Assembly: GCF_009914755.1 (NCBI RefSeq)
Contig: NC_060934.1
Direction: 5' to 3' (one strand)
Origin: the human T2T-CHM13v2.0 reference genome, Homo sapiens
Length of the DNA: 64,000 bases
Shown: positions 1-15,890 of the stretch, one piece after another
How positions within the stretch are numbered: position 1 is the first letter of the stretch
How the letters are laid out: each line of letters starts with the position of its first letter
The notes under the pieces: model-generated
What the model was told of the DNA's origin: nothing
What the model saw: the letters and a program-made list of their open reading frames with translations, nothing else
Databases searched by the model: none
Translations under genes and position numbers: made by a program

Positions 1-470
1 TAAAAACACAGGAAAACATTTTTTAAATGTTCTTATTAAAAGGTAAATATCTCTGTTTAATTCAAAGCTTCTTTAAAAGTTATGTATAAAACAAGGTAAA
101 AGAAACCAGGAAATAAGAGATGTAAGAAAGTTAAAGCTATAAAGAGGCATTTTTGGTAAAGGTGAAAAGGAAACAATTTTACATAAGAAGACATTTTGTG
201 TGGTAAATTTTTTGTCCTAAAATGACTAGGTTGTTCAAGAAAGAGAAATATTTAGGCAAAACAGAAAGTTTAAGCATGTTGTGCATCATCTACATAGGTT
301 GTAGAAAGGTTAGTTAACAGAAACTTTGTGTTTTTTTTAGAAAACGAGGTTGTATACTTCAGTTGGGTGTGATTAAGAATTATAATGGTCTTTCTAGAGG
401 TGGGTCTTTGATATTAACAAAATTACATGAATACAAAAAATAATTGGTTAAAACAAGATTTTATTTAAAA
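1..470. mobile_element. Probable ERV1 (MER4-group) internal fragment
   Basis: A-rich sequence (gttatgtataaaacaaggtaaaagaaaccaggaaataagaga) resembling MER4-group internal regions, next to ERV1-type LTR sequence; from recall only. Confidence 0.35.
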
Positions 471-475
471 TATTT

Positions 476-563
476 ATTTTTTATGAGACAGAGTCTCACT
501 CTGTCACCCTGGAGTGCAATGGTGTGATCTCAGCTCACTGCAACCTTTGCCTCCTGGGTTCCA
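476..563 (-). mobile_element. Alu fragment (right-arm end)
   Basis: gagacagagtctcactctgtcacc...gcaacctttgcctcctgggttc. Confidence 0.8.
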
Positions 564-574
564 GGAATTCCATC

Positions 575-1319
575 TATATTTCTGAGCAACTGTCCATAAA
601 TCATGGACTTCCATAACCCCCTTGCTCAAGTTTAATAATTCGATAAAACTACTCACAGAACTTAGCAGAGAAACTTTACCTATGTTTATCAGGTTATTAT
701 ATAGGATACGACTCAGGAAAACCAAATGGAAAAAAAAAAGGTATAGGACAAAGTAAGGCGGGGAAAAAATGGGGTGGGTAGTAAATCTTGATAAACAGCC
801 ATGATTAAGAACCCTCCATCCTTTGTGTTCTGTAGTAACAGCTTACTGAAAATAAATACCCTTTTCATTATGACTTAGATGATGCTTCCTCTTTTAGATA
901 TCATAAATTCACAGACTCTCTAAATTCTCATTTTTCTCTCATAAACAAATAATTTTGTCTTCAGTGTTCAGAACAAAATACTTGTTAAACAAACTTTGCT
1001 TAAGTTTCTCTCCTTTCCTCAGGCTCCCAGACTCTGGTCCACCTTCAGTCTGAGCTAACATATACCCCACCTTTATGCCCCTCCTAAGAAAAGGCTGACT
1101 TTAGGGTGGAACATTCTCTACCCTTCAATCTGATTTTGCCATTCTCCATTCTCCTCTCTTTCTCCCACCTTCCTTCTGATCTTGTTTGCTCCTCCATATG
1201 AAACTGTACAGTCCTTTTCTCTCTTGAGATGATTGTAGATGTGATGCTTGGTGCTTTCCCCATTGCAATACTCTTTTCAAATAAAGTCACTTCTTACCTA
1301 CATCTGAATTTATTTGACA
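575..1319. mobile_element. ERV1-class LTR sequence (MER21-like followed by MER34/MER39-like)
   Basis: MER21-like actcacagaact...ggatacgactcaggaa; the second part has AATAAA at 1280-1285 and ends ...tttgaca. Confidence 0.5.
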
Positions 1320-1622
1320 GTATCAAGAAACAGCCTCAGGATAATAACAATTACACCCTCACAGAGGACATCACAACCCGCCTCCCATCTCAACTCTCAC
1401 AATGTCTGCCTGTGGATTCCCAGCTTTCCAGGGCTCTGTAGCTTCACTCAGTATAAAGGCTCCTTCAATGGCTGCTCTGAGCAGGCTGGGATAGCTCCAG
1501 GGGAAGCTCCCCAGGAAGATATGACTGTGCTATTCATGAACTCCTTTGACAGGTCAAGATTGGCCTTAGCCTGCAGTCAACGGGCTCATGTCTCTGATTT
1601 CCAGTCAAGGTTATTCATTTAG

Positions 1623-1925
<303 letters not shown>

Positions 1926-4445
1926 ACAGAATAGATTTATCCACTGTCACAAATACTCCACTGTACAAAAAGAGAAACTAATTTTTTTTTTTGTAAATCA
2001 CCAATTGACCTACCACAATTTCTTGTGGAACTATATTAATTTCTCTGCAGGTATAAAGGAAAAGAATTTTTCCTTCTCACCCAGTAATATCCCTAAAACT
2101 AAGCTCTGAGATTCTGCTTGAAACCACCCCCAGAAGGTACAGACCTCAGATATTTATTACACATTCTCAGGAGAAGAACAAATAAAAATAAGAATTTTTA
2201 ACAAATTAAATATATCATTAGATTTTTTGTGATAGTCACTTTTTTTTGAGAATATTTTCCTATCTTTCAAGATCTGTCAATAAAATGCATTGAATACTTA
2301 ATAAAAATGCAAGTTGAAATAAGAAAACAAGTCTTTTCAAGATGACACACCCTGAATGCAAGTTGAAATAAGAAAACAAGTGGCAGTACTGGCTGGAATA
2401 TTAATACACCTGATTCTAGTGTCAAGTCATGATATCCCATCATATGGATCCTCCCACCTCTATTCTGCTCATTGAAGTACTCAGTGACCACCCTCTGGAG
2501 AGCCTCTTCACTGTGGCCCTGAATGTGCCTGGAGTGCATTTTTCTTTGCAGGTCATTGCATCATCTTGATAGAATGGATTTTCATTGTCTTTGGGGATAG
2601 TTTTTCTCCCTTCCCAATTCTGAAAAAATCCAGATGGTAGGAATTATTTCTGTCTTTCCCCTAAGTATCACCACTCAATTGGCTGACCAGCAATGTGTCT
2701 CCAAGTAATGAAAACTGGGGTTGGAAAAAGAAAATTTTTATGCCACAATGAGTTAGCTTTTTAGATAAAGGGTAAAGCAGATTTACAATCATCTACCAGT
2801 AATAATTTGAAGATTCAAGTTGATTATCTACAAATAAAATATCACAGGCTCTGATGTGTAAGTTCTGGATTTAACATGACAGTGCATACACTGCATGGGA
2901 CAGGTACTATACATATCTGGACACCACAAAGAGTATTTAACGCCTGCATTTAAACTACTGAATTAGCATGTACCTCACTTGGCTCAGTAATCCACCTGCA
3001 CCAAACTCATATCAAAAGTCACTAAATCTCTCGTCTACATTATATATATTCTGTAGATACACAACTACAAAATGTACATACTATACAAATAGTTTGAATC
3101 AACATGAAGTTCCATTGTTTTTGACAATGTACCCACAGATGGACATTATCATGGCTAAAATCTATATAATATAGATGAGATTATAAATCTAAGGTTTTAA
3201 CACTAACAAAAGACAACCCAGAGCATCTTGGTAAGTCTTGTTTTTATTTTCTTCCTGAGAGTCAGTAGAATGGCAGCTGTATTTTGTTATGTTAGTCCCA
3301 TATATTTCTGTTAACTTTATTATTTGCAAAAAAAGTTTTGCTTGTATTTGTAGAAAGGTAAAATGGTTTTTTTTGTTAAATATGGAGATTAGTTATGTAT
3401 GATAAAAACAAATGTGCTTTTGTTTCTTTGTTCCCAATTAATGTACATTAATTTTAAAATGCATTAAAGCAATAGCAAAGAAAATAAAGAGATGCCATAG
3501 AAATCTCTTTCTCTTCATGTTTGCATGCAGAGATACACTGCTTCCTAAGGATATGTAAGGAGAGATGTGGATTTTAATTTTAGAATCAGATTTTTCAAAT
3601 GTACTTAAAATATAAGCAGCAAAAATTTTATTAATCTTAAACTCAAGCAAATTCCAATCACAGAGGCAGAACTAATTAAAACATGTTTTAATTGAATATA
3701 CTTCCTAGGTTTCTCCTAGCAATCCTGTTATTGTTTCATGATCCACTCGAAGAAATGAAGATACGTGGAAAAATAGTCATTGCCCGAGATTGCCCTCCAT
3801 TTTATAAATGCTCCATTTATGCTGAAACAATCTGAATAGACACGGTGCTTTTTGTGCATCTGGTTGGAGGACAGAAACTCCCCAAACTTTTCTATTCAGC
3901 TGTTGGATCCACAACTTGCTGTTGAGCTGTAAATCCACATCAGGAAGCCCAGGTACAAACTGAGAGTTGGCTTCTCCCTGGTAATCTAAACAGATGCTTA
4001 CTGAGCCTGAAATGCTATTTTCCCACCACCTTCTGCTGACTGCTGCTTTGGCAAAATAAAGATTGGCCACGAATCTACCAACACCACCTCACTTTAAGGC
4101 CTGGTATGTCAGCATTCTCCATCATACTCTGAGACATAGCATGTGGGAGACATGACTCTGTAATTAGGAGCTTAAAGTGTTTCAGGGAGACCACGTAAAT
4201 CTAGTGAGAAGTGAATTAGCAATATATGAGAGCATGTAATTTCATGTTAAGGCGGGTGCTGTGAACTTGATTACATTAGTATGTAAGTTAAAGCAGCTGG
4301 GAGAGGCAGACCAGAAAATATAGTTGTTGAGCTGAGTCTTGAGAGAAGGGCAACTGCACCTTCCACCTTCCGCGTGCAGGACTGTCATCAGCACATCTTC
4401 CCCATGCTTTCCCATTGCTCATATTCCTCCAGTGGAAAAGAAGGG

Positions 4446-4810
<365 letters not shown>

Positions 4811-4959
4811 CAGAAAGGAAAGGGCAAAGTTTACATGCTGAAGCAAGAGGGACTGCCAGACTTAGAAAGGTGGAGAAATAGGTGGGCCCAGGATAATATT
4901 GGTGAGAAGGCTGCTTTTGGTTGATTTAGTTACAGAGCTTTTGAGCTCATCATGAATAG

Positions 4960-5180
4960 AAATAGGGTTAATGCAGAGCGGCTATAAGCATAGACTTGGG
5001 AGCCAGGCTGATTGGGAATATAAGTCCCAGCTTCACCTTTTATGAGCTCTATGATCCTGGACACTTCACCTCTTATTATTCAGTTTTCTCATCTGGGAAA
5101 AACAGATAACAGTACTTAAATCCTAGGATTCAGAAGAGTTCAAGGATTAACTCAGGTTAAGATAAGTGAAACAAGGGAGA
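4960..5180 (+). mobile_element. MIR fragment
   Basis: MIR core-like tcagttttctcatctgggaaaaacagataacagtac. Confidence 0.55.
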
Positions 5181-6646
5181 AGCAACTGTTCAGACAAGAA
5201 ATAAAAGGAAATTGACAAAGATTTCCATTTGAATCTAATAATCGTTTAGGGTATCTGTTACAATTTTAGATTCCCGGGCCTCAGCCCCAGGAATTGAGAT
5301 TCATTAGTTCTGGGGCCCAAAAGGCTGTTTTATAAAAAGAAACTTAGAAAAAGTCACCAAAATAACTCAGTTTCTGTATGCCCTTACCAGTTCCCCACTA
5401 ATGTGAACATCTCGTGTTGACATGGTACATTTGTTAAAACTAAAAAGTCAAGGTTGACACATTACTACTAACTCCAGACTTCATCAGGTTTTCCACTCAT
5501 GTTCTTTACCTGTCCCAGGATCAAATCCAGGATACCATACTGCATTTAGAGAAGCTGCATTTTTCACAAGCTCTTTCAGCTGCTAAGAGGGAGGTGGGTG
5601 GGGATCACATCTTGAAAAACACTGGGACCGTTACAGGAATGACGCAAAATTGCTGCATCCCCAAGTTGGGGAGGTGAAATGCAATTTTGAAGAGGAGAAT
5701 TGGTGGAGGAGATGAATATAGAAAGCTGATTTTAGAGGTAGAGATGGAATCCTCTCCATTAGATGAGAGGGTGTTACCTTCAGAACAAGGCATTAATGCC
5801 AGAGAAAATAGGTTTTGGAAGGAAGAGGTACAACCTCATATTCAGGCTAGATTGAGAATACACGAGTAGGGTTGTGAGTAGGTCAGAATCAGCAAGTGCA
5901 GCAAACTGGGAACAGGTGTTTCAGAGAACGCACACAGAGGGCTCACATAAGGGAATTACAAGGGGTCAGTTAGCTCGTGAGCTACATACAACCTGCATGT
6001 TCCAGAACCTGGTGCTAATGCTTTGGCAGTGGGTCACGATGACAAATATCAAGCACTGCCACATTGGAAAGTAGTAGAAAAGGTAAGGGTGAGGCTGGGA
6101 TAATCAATTTTATTTAAGGAGGGTTCTAAGGGTCTTGGGTGAAACAGGGGCTGGAAGAAGAGGTGTATAAAACACTTGAAGCTCTGCTTGTGAGTCAGTT
6201 GTCACACTGAGGAGACACAGGAGTCACCAGCTTGAGGTGACAGGTAAAGGTTTGTAGAATTGAGAAGGTGAAGATGAAGCAATATATTTTTTTAAGAAGC
6301 AAGCAGCCTATTTTGGGAATCCATGGAGGTCTTTTGAAGTAGATACTACTCATATTTTACTAAAGACCTTAGGTTCTGGGACTATCACTGAGTTTTCTTA
6401 ATCACAGTCCAATTGCTCAGCTTCCTAACACCAGTTATAAAAGTCACCTAACCTGTTCTTTTTTAGAGAATGTTAACCATTTTCCAATGGACTCAAGATT
6501 CTTATAATGTCTATACCATTTTTCTTTCCCAGTTAGTTGTTCTTTCTGTACCCTAGAAATCCTAAACCACAAGCTGATATTCTTTAAATTTCACATTAAG
6601 TACATGTTCTGTCACTTGCCAAATGCATTTAAAAGAGTTCAATAGA

Positions 6647-7032
<386 letters not shown>

Positions 7033-7291
7033 CTAATCCTTAACTTGATAGATTCTGGGTGTTCTCTACAAATTTGCATAGAAACTAGCACTTACCTGGG
7101 AGATTTCTCTGCCAGCTGTCAAAAATGTAGTTCCATATTCAACGGTCCTGTGTGAGGAAATAATGAAGCCACAGAAATCTTAAATGTGGTTAGGGAAAGG
7201 GCTGGGTGATGAAGATTCTAGCTAACCAGCACACTGCAGCAAAATTAGTTTCCAGAAACACTGCATAACCTGAATACAGAATCAAGAGTAA

Positions 7292-7625
<334 letters not shown>

Positions 7626-8321
7626 TGTTTTTTTTAAACCAAGGAATAGTGTATTTGGAAGTGTGGGAAAACTACATCAAAAAACTGAACCTTGAGTTGT
7701 AATAAAATCAGGATTTAGTGTTGCTTAATTTCAGTGATATATGGGCATCTAGGTTACAATAAAAGAAATGTGAATAAAAGACCAGAATAAAATTTCTCTA
7801 GAAACATTGAGCCCTAAGATTAGATAGTTCATCTTGGAATAAACTATATAAAACTGCCAATAGGCAACTGCTTTTGTGCTACAAAAATGGCCATTTCACT
7901 TGGCTCAAATACATATTTCAGATCTTTGTCTTTTCCTTGTAATGAAGATGTAAAAGTTTTAGTTCACACTATACCAGAGTAAAATTTCACTGGGGTCTGT
8001 ATTACAAATGTTAAAATAACCCAAAAAGTCAAAGTAAATTTGAGCTTTGGTACTCAGATAATCGTTTTCATAGTCTTATGTTAAAGAACTTATCTTTCCC
8101 AGGTATCAAACTCTAAGAAAACTGCTATAGTTACCACCTACTAGCAACTTAGTTTCCTTGCCCCATAACATTTGTCAGAGAACCTGCCCAGTTTCAGTGA
8201 CATTTATATTCTTATTCTAAGTTGACCCAATTTTTCATTTATCTAAATGATTGTATTCCCTTCTAGAATTCAAGCCAAAGGACAGAACAATGTTAGTGTT
8301 CCTTATTCTATTGATTTACTC

Positions 8322-8610
8322 TTTTTTTGAGACAAAGTCTTGCTGTGTCGCCCCAGGCTGGAGTGCAGGCATGATCATGGCTCACTGCAACCTCTGCCTC
8401 CCAGGTTCAAGCAATTCTTGTGCCTCAGTCTCCCGAGGAGCTAGGACCATAAGCGGTTGCCACCATGCTTGGCTAATTTTTGTATTTTTAGTAGAGAGGG
8501 GGTTTTGCCATGTTGGCCAGGCTGGTCTTCAACTGCTGGGTTCAAGTGATCTGCCTGCGTCAGCCTCCTAAACTGCTGGGATTACAGGCGTGAGCCAGTG
8601 CACCCAGCCC
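8322..8610 (-). mobile_element. Alu (Sx/J-like)
   Basis: Full antisense Alu; flanks tgatttactct / tgacttactct. Confidence 0.93.
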
Positions 8611-9273
8611 TGACTTACTCTTGAAGTCATGAATTTATGTCCAGCGTCCCTCTGTCAAACTGGTTTTTAAATCTTTGACCACTCATATATGTCAGGACTT
8701 CTACTTAGTTAATGGCATATTATAAGGTGCAAACCATCTTATAAACAAGGATTCATCATACACTTTTTCTTCTAAGTTTAACACAGATCATTGATTCTAG
8801 TTTGCAATTTATCAAGATAAGGTGATAAGTTGAAGATTTTACCTTAGGTGCTAAATAATTAAAATGGATAAAAATACACCAATATTATCAGGATTTAGTG
8901 AGGATCACTGAAGCTGAGTGGCTAGAATTTTAATTCTAAAAAAAAACCAACAGTGATTTATTTTTAACTAAAATGTAAACTTGAAAACAGTGTGCTAAAG
9001 TCAAATTATGTGGTTTAAGTCACCCTCTGTACAGCAACTTTAAATCTACTTTCTGTACTTCCATTTTGTTTCTGTGTAACTGAAAACTTCAAACACTCTC
9101 ATTCTAATTCTACACTATTCCTGGAAATCCTTTCTCTTTGATATATTTATCTAATTTCATATTCTAATGTGTTTTTCCTTTCAGACACAACAATCAACTA
9201 CTCAAAGATGCCATCTAATGCACTATGCCACTAAGTATTGTGGCCAGAGAGTTATTTTAAGTGTAATAAATTA

Positions 9274-9604
<331 letters not shown>

Positions 9605-10287
9605 TTAAATACAGGCATGAATTAAACCAACTTGTGTATGGTCAAGGCAACTTACAAAAATGCTTTAAGACATATCAAGACTGATATAAACCATTTAAGT
9701 TAGGCAGAGATGCAACACTATGTGAATAGAAGTGTTATAAACACACTCGCCACATTTTAATTAGTTTACTAGGTTTTCTTTTAATATAAACATGAGAAAT
9801 GAAAACCACATCAATTGTAGCATTTATTTTGAAAATAAAACTGCAATCAATACTCCAATCTCTAAGCTCTGCATTCCATAAATGATACTTTTTCAGGAGG
9901 TAGGATTCCTAAGGTTTATGGAAGTTCTTTTTAAATAGCAGGACATGAAATATGATACCTGCATCCAGGCTAACATGTGGGATAATAAAATGTATTGCAT
10001 CACCTACTACTATTAGGGTCCAATTCCTTCTAATTTGTTACATATGAATTAACATGGATCCTCCTCTTTATCACATCTAGGGAAAATAATCTGAGGTGAT
10101 CAATGCAGATAAAAGCCTTGCAAAGAGCTACTTTACAAGAGAAAAGGGCACTTTATAAAAACACAAGAATTCCAAAAGTCTTAGTGAAATTTTAAGCTTT
10201 GATACTTGTAGAAGTAACAATGCTACAAACATTTACAAATCATTGAAAAGCTTGTTGTATTTCTTTTACGTTTATTTAGTTTTGCCA

Positions 10288-10726
10288 TTTTTTAAAGTGA
10301 CAGTGTCTCATTATGTTGCCAAGGCTGGAGTGCAATAGCTATTTACAGGCACAATCACAGTGCACTGCAGCCTCCAAGGCTAGGCCTCAAGTGATCCTCC
10401 ATTTAAGCCTCATGAGTAGCTGGGACTACAAGCATGCCTAGCTCCTGAGTATTAAGCTTTTAATTTATTGTTTCAGTCCTTCTTGAAGATAGCAGATATT
10501 GACTGAAACAAAAGGTTAAAAGTTTAACATTCAAATTCTGCAAAATAAAGCCAGAGGCAGTGGTACACACCCATGGTCCCAGCTACTTGGTAGGCTGACA
10601 TGGGAACATTGCTTGAGGCCAGGATTTTCAGGCTGTGGTGTGCTATGATTGTGTCTCTGATTAATCATTGCACTGTAGCTTGGGCAATATAGTGAGGCAT
10701 CATCTATTAAAAATAAAAAGAAGAAA
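10288..10726. mobile_element. Two old Alu monomers (FAM/FRAM-like) in opposite orientation
   Basis: 10288-10445 is antisense and 10549-10726 is sense. Confidence 0.75.
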
Positions 10727-10857
10727 TACAATTACACTTTCAAATGATATTTTGTAAAGATTTACAGCATGTATACATATGCTGCAGTCCTCTGGAGGGC
10801 CCAGGCACACTATATTAAAGCTAAAAACTGCCCTGAAACTTTCAGGACACCTTGTAT

Positions 10858-10863
10858 TTTATT
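10858..10863 (-). terminator. Candidate polyadenylation signal for the CCNYL2-like transcript
   Basis: First minus-strand AATAAA I found after the stop (about 800 nt downstream), followed by GT/T-rich sequence. No transcript evidence. Confidence 0.3.
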
Positions 10864-11669
10864 ATTTTTATATAACCACTGGACCACCATGCTGCTTGGC
10901 ACTATGAAAACATCTTTGAATACATTTACTTAATAAGAAAATTTATCAGCAAATGAGAACCATTATAGTTCATAAGAAATACACCATAGAGCTTCATAAA
11001 AGTAGATAATCAATAACCAATACTTTCTCTTTTTATGACCCCCAAACATGCTAAACTGCTAATAAGAAGGGCTTACAAAGGATACGAATGGCAAATGTTA
11101 ATTGGCAGCTTTTGCTTGATGATCGCCAGTAACTGTAGCTTCCGTGGTAAAAGTAGGAAGAAAGAGCCCTTCCATACCTGACAATGCTGGGACTGTTCCT
11201 AGTGGCTTTAGGAGTTGTTAGACTCCCATGTTTTAACAGTGATACTGCACTGATTCCAAATGCATATGCAGGAATATTGGGGAAAAGAAAAAAACATAAA
11301 AGAAACAGAAAAGTTATCTTTAAAATCTAAAAAGTTAAACTATTGTTTTAAAAGCCTTACATAGTTCACAGCTATCAGCCCACACATTAAGCAAATATCT
11401 GTACGTGGGCAGGAGTCTTCACTTTGAAGTGGTTTTTATAACTCTGTTTACATTAAACAGGACAGAAGAGTGTAAGAGTGTGTTGTTGCCCTGACAAGGT
11501 CCCATTCTTTACTACGAAGTGCAATCTTAGTTGTCCTTGAGTTAACTTGAATTGAGGTGTTTCTTCTTTTGAAAATACCAACTTTTCTAGTTCTTTAGCA
11601 GGAGAGGTGATATTTTCCTGTCTTTTTTGATGAGGGGTTCAGATGTTACATTACTCCTCATTTCTTCCT

Positions 11670-11780
11670 TCAGAAGAGGATGGCCTTAGCACGCTGAAGA
11701 TGAATTAAATCATCTGCACTCAGAGACCCATTCTTGGCAGCACTGTAGAAAACTTTGTCTTGTTCCATCCTTGAAAAAGC
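11670..11780 (-). pseudogene. CCNYL2: Coding part of terminal exon 10 (AFSRMEQDKVFYSAAKNGSLSADDLIHLQRAKAILF*)
   Basis: cttag|GCTTTT...; 36 codons then TGA at 11672-11670; similar to the cyclin Y SASADNL C-terminus. Confidence 0.9.
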
Positions 11781-11784
11781 CTAA

Positions 11785-12194
<410 letters not shown>

Positions 12195-13285
12195 CAGTTA
12201 TAGCTACTTTGGCTGAGGTTTACACTGCCAAGTTTTGTCAACTCATTAAGGTAATCTCAGGGCTAGAATTAGATTGCTGGAGCAAAGGGGAACTTGTTTT
12301 ATTAAGTTACTTAAAAATTGGGCTCCCAAAGATGTCACAGTATTGTGACAGGCTTCTAAGAGCAGTATCATGTTACCTGTGCACTTGTTCCTTAAACATA
12401 ATGAATGTACACTTTTGCAAAAAGTTAGTTTATTAATCTACTTAAACTCTACCCAATCTACAGTAGTTATTATATACTTTAAGCAAATTTTAACGATGCA
12501 GGCATGTGCTGGATTGTATTGAAACATCAAAGAAGTCTAATGACTCAAGCATCAAAAGGCACTACTTCACTTGTACATTAATTATGATAGAAAATGTATT
12601 ATTTTAAAATACTTCCAAGGTACCACAAAACATGCCTATTTTAAATGTTCATCCTTGTCAGCTGTAACTCTGCTGTGTACTTACCAAAAGTCACAAACCA
12701 TAAATATTACTTTGTCTCATAAAAGTTATCATTTCCAGTAAAATCCCATGTATTTCCTGCATCCAGTATTTGAGACGCGCACACCTTATACAGTCTAAGT
12801 GCAGGTCTCTTGGCTTAGGCACTAATGCTTTGTCTAACAAACCCATGGGACTGACTGCACTGTGGTATATACAGTAGGAAATGACATAAATTTGCAAACT
12901 GAGTAATAAAAAATAGTCAAGAGTGGTAAGTGCATTATGTATGTAGACATTGCTTGGAATACAATAAAAGAAATCATTTATATATGATGATTTGAAAGGG
13001 TAAAAGTTCAAAAGGGAAAGATTACAAATGAATTAAATTTGACTAAAATATTCTGAATTATGCTCACAAAAGAGAAGATAATATCTATAATTTCAAATAA
13101 TGTGGATCTTTGTAAAAACCATAAAAGATACAGGAAACAGAATGCCAAAAAGGTAATAAGCTCTTCAGTATGTTAGTTAATTTTGAAGCTTTCCATTTTT
13201 CTAATCACTACTTAATATGACCTAGTCACAGATGTTGGCATTGGTGTTTGACTGAAAACCCACCTTAGTAACTTCGTAGCCTTAC

Positions 13286-13448
13286 CTCCAGCTTCCAAGC
13301 TCTTTCTCTGTCAAGAAGATAAACTGGTGAATACAGGCCGTTGTTGTGTGCCAAGGTGCGAAGATCGAAGTAGAATCTGCTATAAACACTGTTAGTAATG
13401 CTGTTATTATAATTAATTAGCTTCAAGAATTGCCTTTCCAACTCATTC
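13286..13448 (-). pseudogene. CCNYL2: Coding exon 9 (NELERQFLKLINYN...RERAWKLE)
   Basis: ccccag|GAATGAG...GGAG|gtaagg; 163 nt; branch-point-like ACTAAC at 13494-13489. Confidence 0.94.
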
Positions 13449-13504
13449 CTGGGGAAGGAGAAACACAACAAAACCAACACAGGACAATGTTAGTTCAAAA
13501 ACAT

Positions 13505-14380
13505 TATTCTCGTGTAAGAAATGTGGTAAAGTCATCATGTGCTCTAGTTTATTAGAACACATGAAAGAACTCACACTGTACAGAACCCTATTGATCTAAG
13601 AAATACAAGAAAGCATGCAACTTTCCCAGTTCTCTTTGAAAACTTAGAAAAACAAAAAACAACATGAATGTAAAAACTGGGTTAATAACGCGATTATCTC
13701 ACGTGCTTTCAAAGACATATTTGAATTTAATATGGAGAAAAACGACTTAATCTTAAGAAACATGGTAAAGCCTTCAGCTTTTTCATTTCTTTGAAAACAT
13801 GAAAGGATTCAATGGAGAAAACCCTTGTAAATACAAACATCCATGGTAAGGCCTTCAGTTGTTCCAGTTCCACATGAAGAACAGAACTCATTTCTGAAAT
13901 AAAACCTGTGAATGTATAGAATGTGGAAATGCCTTCATGTACATGATATTTGCTCCAAGACCCATGATAACACACACTGTAGACAGACCTTACAAATATA
14001 AGAAAGCACACTGGATTGGAACCCTAGTAGATTACCAAATTCAGAAAAGTTTTCAGTTTTAACAATTTCTTCAACATTTATATGAAAATTTCCCCTACAG
14101 GGAAATCCTCTCCGTGTTTCGAAATTGGAGAGCCTGATGCAAACTGATTATGGCATAATCTTAAAAAATGTGCATAAGTAAATGTTATACTACTTATAAA
14201 TATTTTGTTTCTCAGTGATTCTTCATTTGAAAGGGTCTCTGTCCTTACTTCCACTTCTTTTGCAAGAAAACACTGAGGTCAAAATTTTGTAGATACTCCT
14301 TAAACAATATTAAATGAATTTAATAGGCAGTGTTTTTTTGTTAAGTCAGTTAATAAAATTTTTCTCTGTTTATTTAAGAA
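13505..14380 (+). pseudogene. Decayed C2H2 zinc-finger array and 3'UTR fragment (probable KRAB-ZNF retrocopy)
   Basis: Repeated finger remnants: tgtaagaaatgtggtaaag (CKKCGK), catggtaaagccttcag, ggagaaaaccct, gaatgtatagaatgtggaaatgccttc (ECIECGNAF); many stops and indels; AATAAA near 14352. Confidence 0.7.
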
Positions 14381-14949
14381 TATCACACTGAGCTACTAGA
14401 ATAGCTCCAAATTCTTTTTTGAAACAAATACAGGCTATGCAGGTGGATTCCTACACTAATGTCCAAACAGGGCACAGCTGCTTGCAGTCCATTCTGCATC
14501 CAGCACCCCAAGTTTGGGATGAGGAGAAAGGGGACAGCCTTCTCTGCACTCGTGCAGCTGACTCAGGGCTCATTCTTGAGGGTTCCATTGCACAACTCAG
14601 ACTCCATGGTCACTCCCAAGGCACCACAATAGTGATCAGATGACAGAAATGATGGATGCCATTTATTAGCTGTCACTATTACGGGGCAGGAATACTCTTT
14701 ACATTTCAGACGGTAGAAAGATCAAAGAGAAACACCTTGGCTAGACTAAACCCATTTTATGACAAGCCTTTTGGTAGGGTTCTGGCCTTACACAGTGTTT
14801 CTCCTAAGTTGGAAATGAAACCCCAAGGTGCTCAGCACCTGTCACCCCTGGCCAGAACAGAGTGTGGGGATGAATTGAATGCAGTGAGAGGGGAACAGGC
14901 TGGGAGCAGCCCTCTGCCAAATGATTATTCAGCTGTCCCGGCCGAAGAT

Positions 14950-15208
14950 TTTTGTTTGTTTGTTTGTTTTGAGACAGGGTCTTGCTCTGTCGCTCAGGCT
15001 AAAGTTCAGTGGCATGATCCTAGCCTTTCAAGTAGCTGGGACTACAGGTTCATGCCACTTAGCTGGGCTCTTTTTTTAAAATTATTTTTGTAGAGACAGG
15101 CTCTCACTTGTTGCCCAGGCTGGTGTTAAACTCCTGTGATTAAGTGATACTCCCACCTTGGCCTCCCAAAGTGCTGGTATTACAGACGTGAGCCACTGTA
15201 TCCAGCAC
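14950..15208 (-). mobile_element. AluJ-like element with an internal deletion
   Basis: gagacagggtcttgctctgtcgctcagg...gtgagccactg; right arm shortened. Confidence 0.85.
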
Positions 15209-15785
15209 TTTGTCAAATGTTTAAATAAATATAAAACTAGAGTAATCTTACCACTTTCATAGTAATCCCCATAAAGACTTAACTGTATAAAAGCAATTAA
15301 TACCTCAACAACATATTTGGTTTCTTGGTTTTAAAGTTTTATCCATTGGCTAAGTCAACAAATGCTTGCTGTTCTCTGGTATGGAAAGCAGTTAGGATAT
15401 AAGCAGATATATGGTTTTCTCATTTGTTTAACTGAAAACCCCACTGAAACTACTTCTAACATTAGTTTCCTATTCATATAACCATAAGACTATAGGAATG
15501 TAAATCAGATAACGCTTTAATAATCAGCTAATCAGGAGTTAATTTACTATAGGAATCTATGCACTTCATAATCTCTTATGTTTTTCCACAAACATATTTT
15601 AAATGTGTAAAATACAGTATTTTATATAATTAACATGTTTATTAATAGAAGCTTAGTTATTGAAGAAAACCATTATGCCTACAGGATATGTATCTTCTTA
15701 GTTTTTTGTTGTTTTTTAAATGGCTAATAGCATACCCTTTACCGGCGCAGCAAATTTTCTGAATAGGAGCTGCTCAGTTTAACTT

Positions 15786-15796
15786 ATATGTATGTA

Positions 15797-15839
<43 letters not shown>

Positions 15840-15890
15840 GTGTGTGTATATATATATATGTATGTACCTATACATATATATATACACATA
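15786..15890. repeat. Compound microsatellite (TATG)n(TG)n(TA)n
   Basis: Read directly from the sequence. Confidence 0.95.

Noticed and set aside
3777-4070. 97-aa minus-strand ORF in apparently unique sequence
   Set aside because: It has a GTG start, no recognisable domain and no supporting exon structure.
10288-10726. Inverted Alu monomers as a 3'UTR dsRNA or A-to-I editing substrate
   Set aside because: The monomers are highly diverged and lie beyond the first candidate poly(A) signal.
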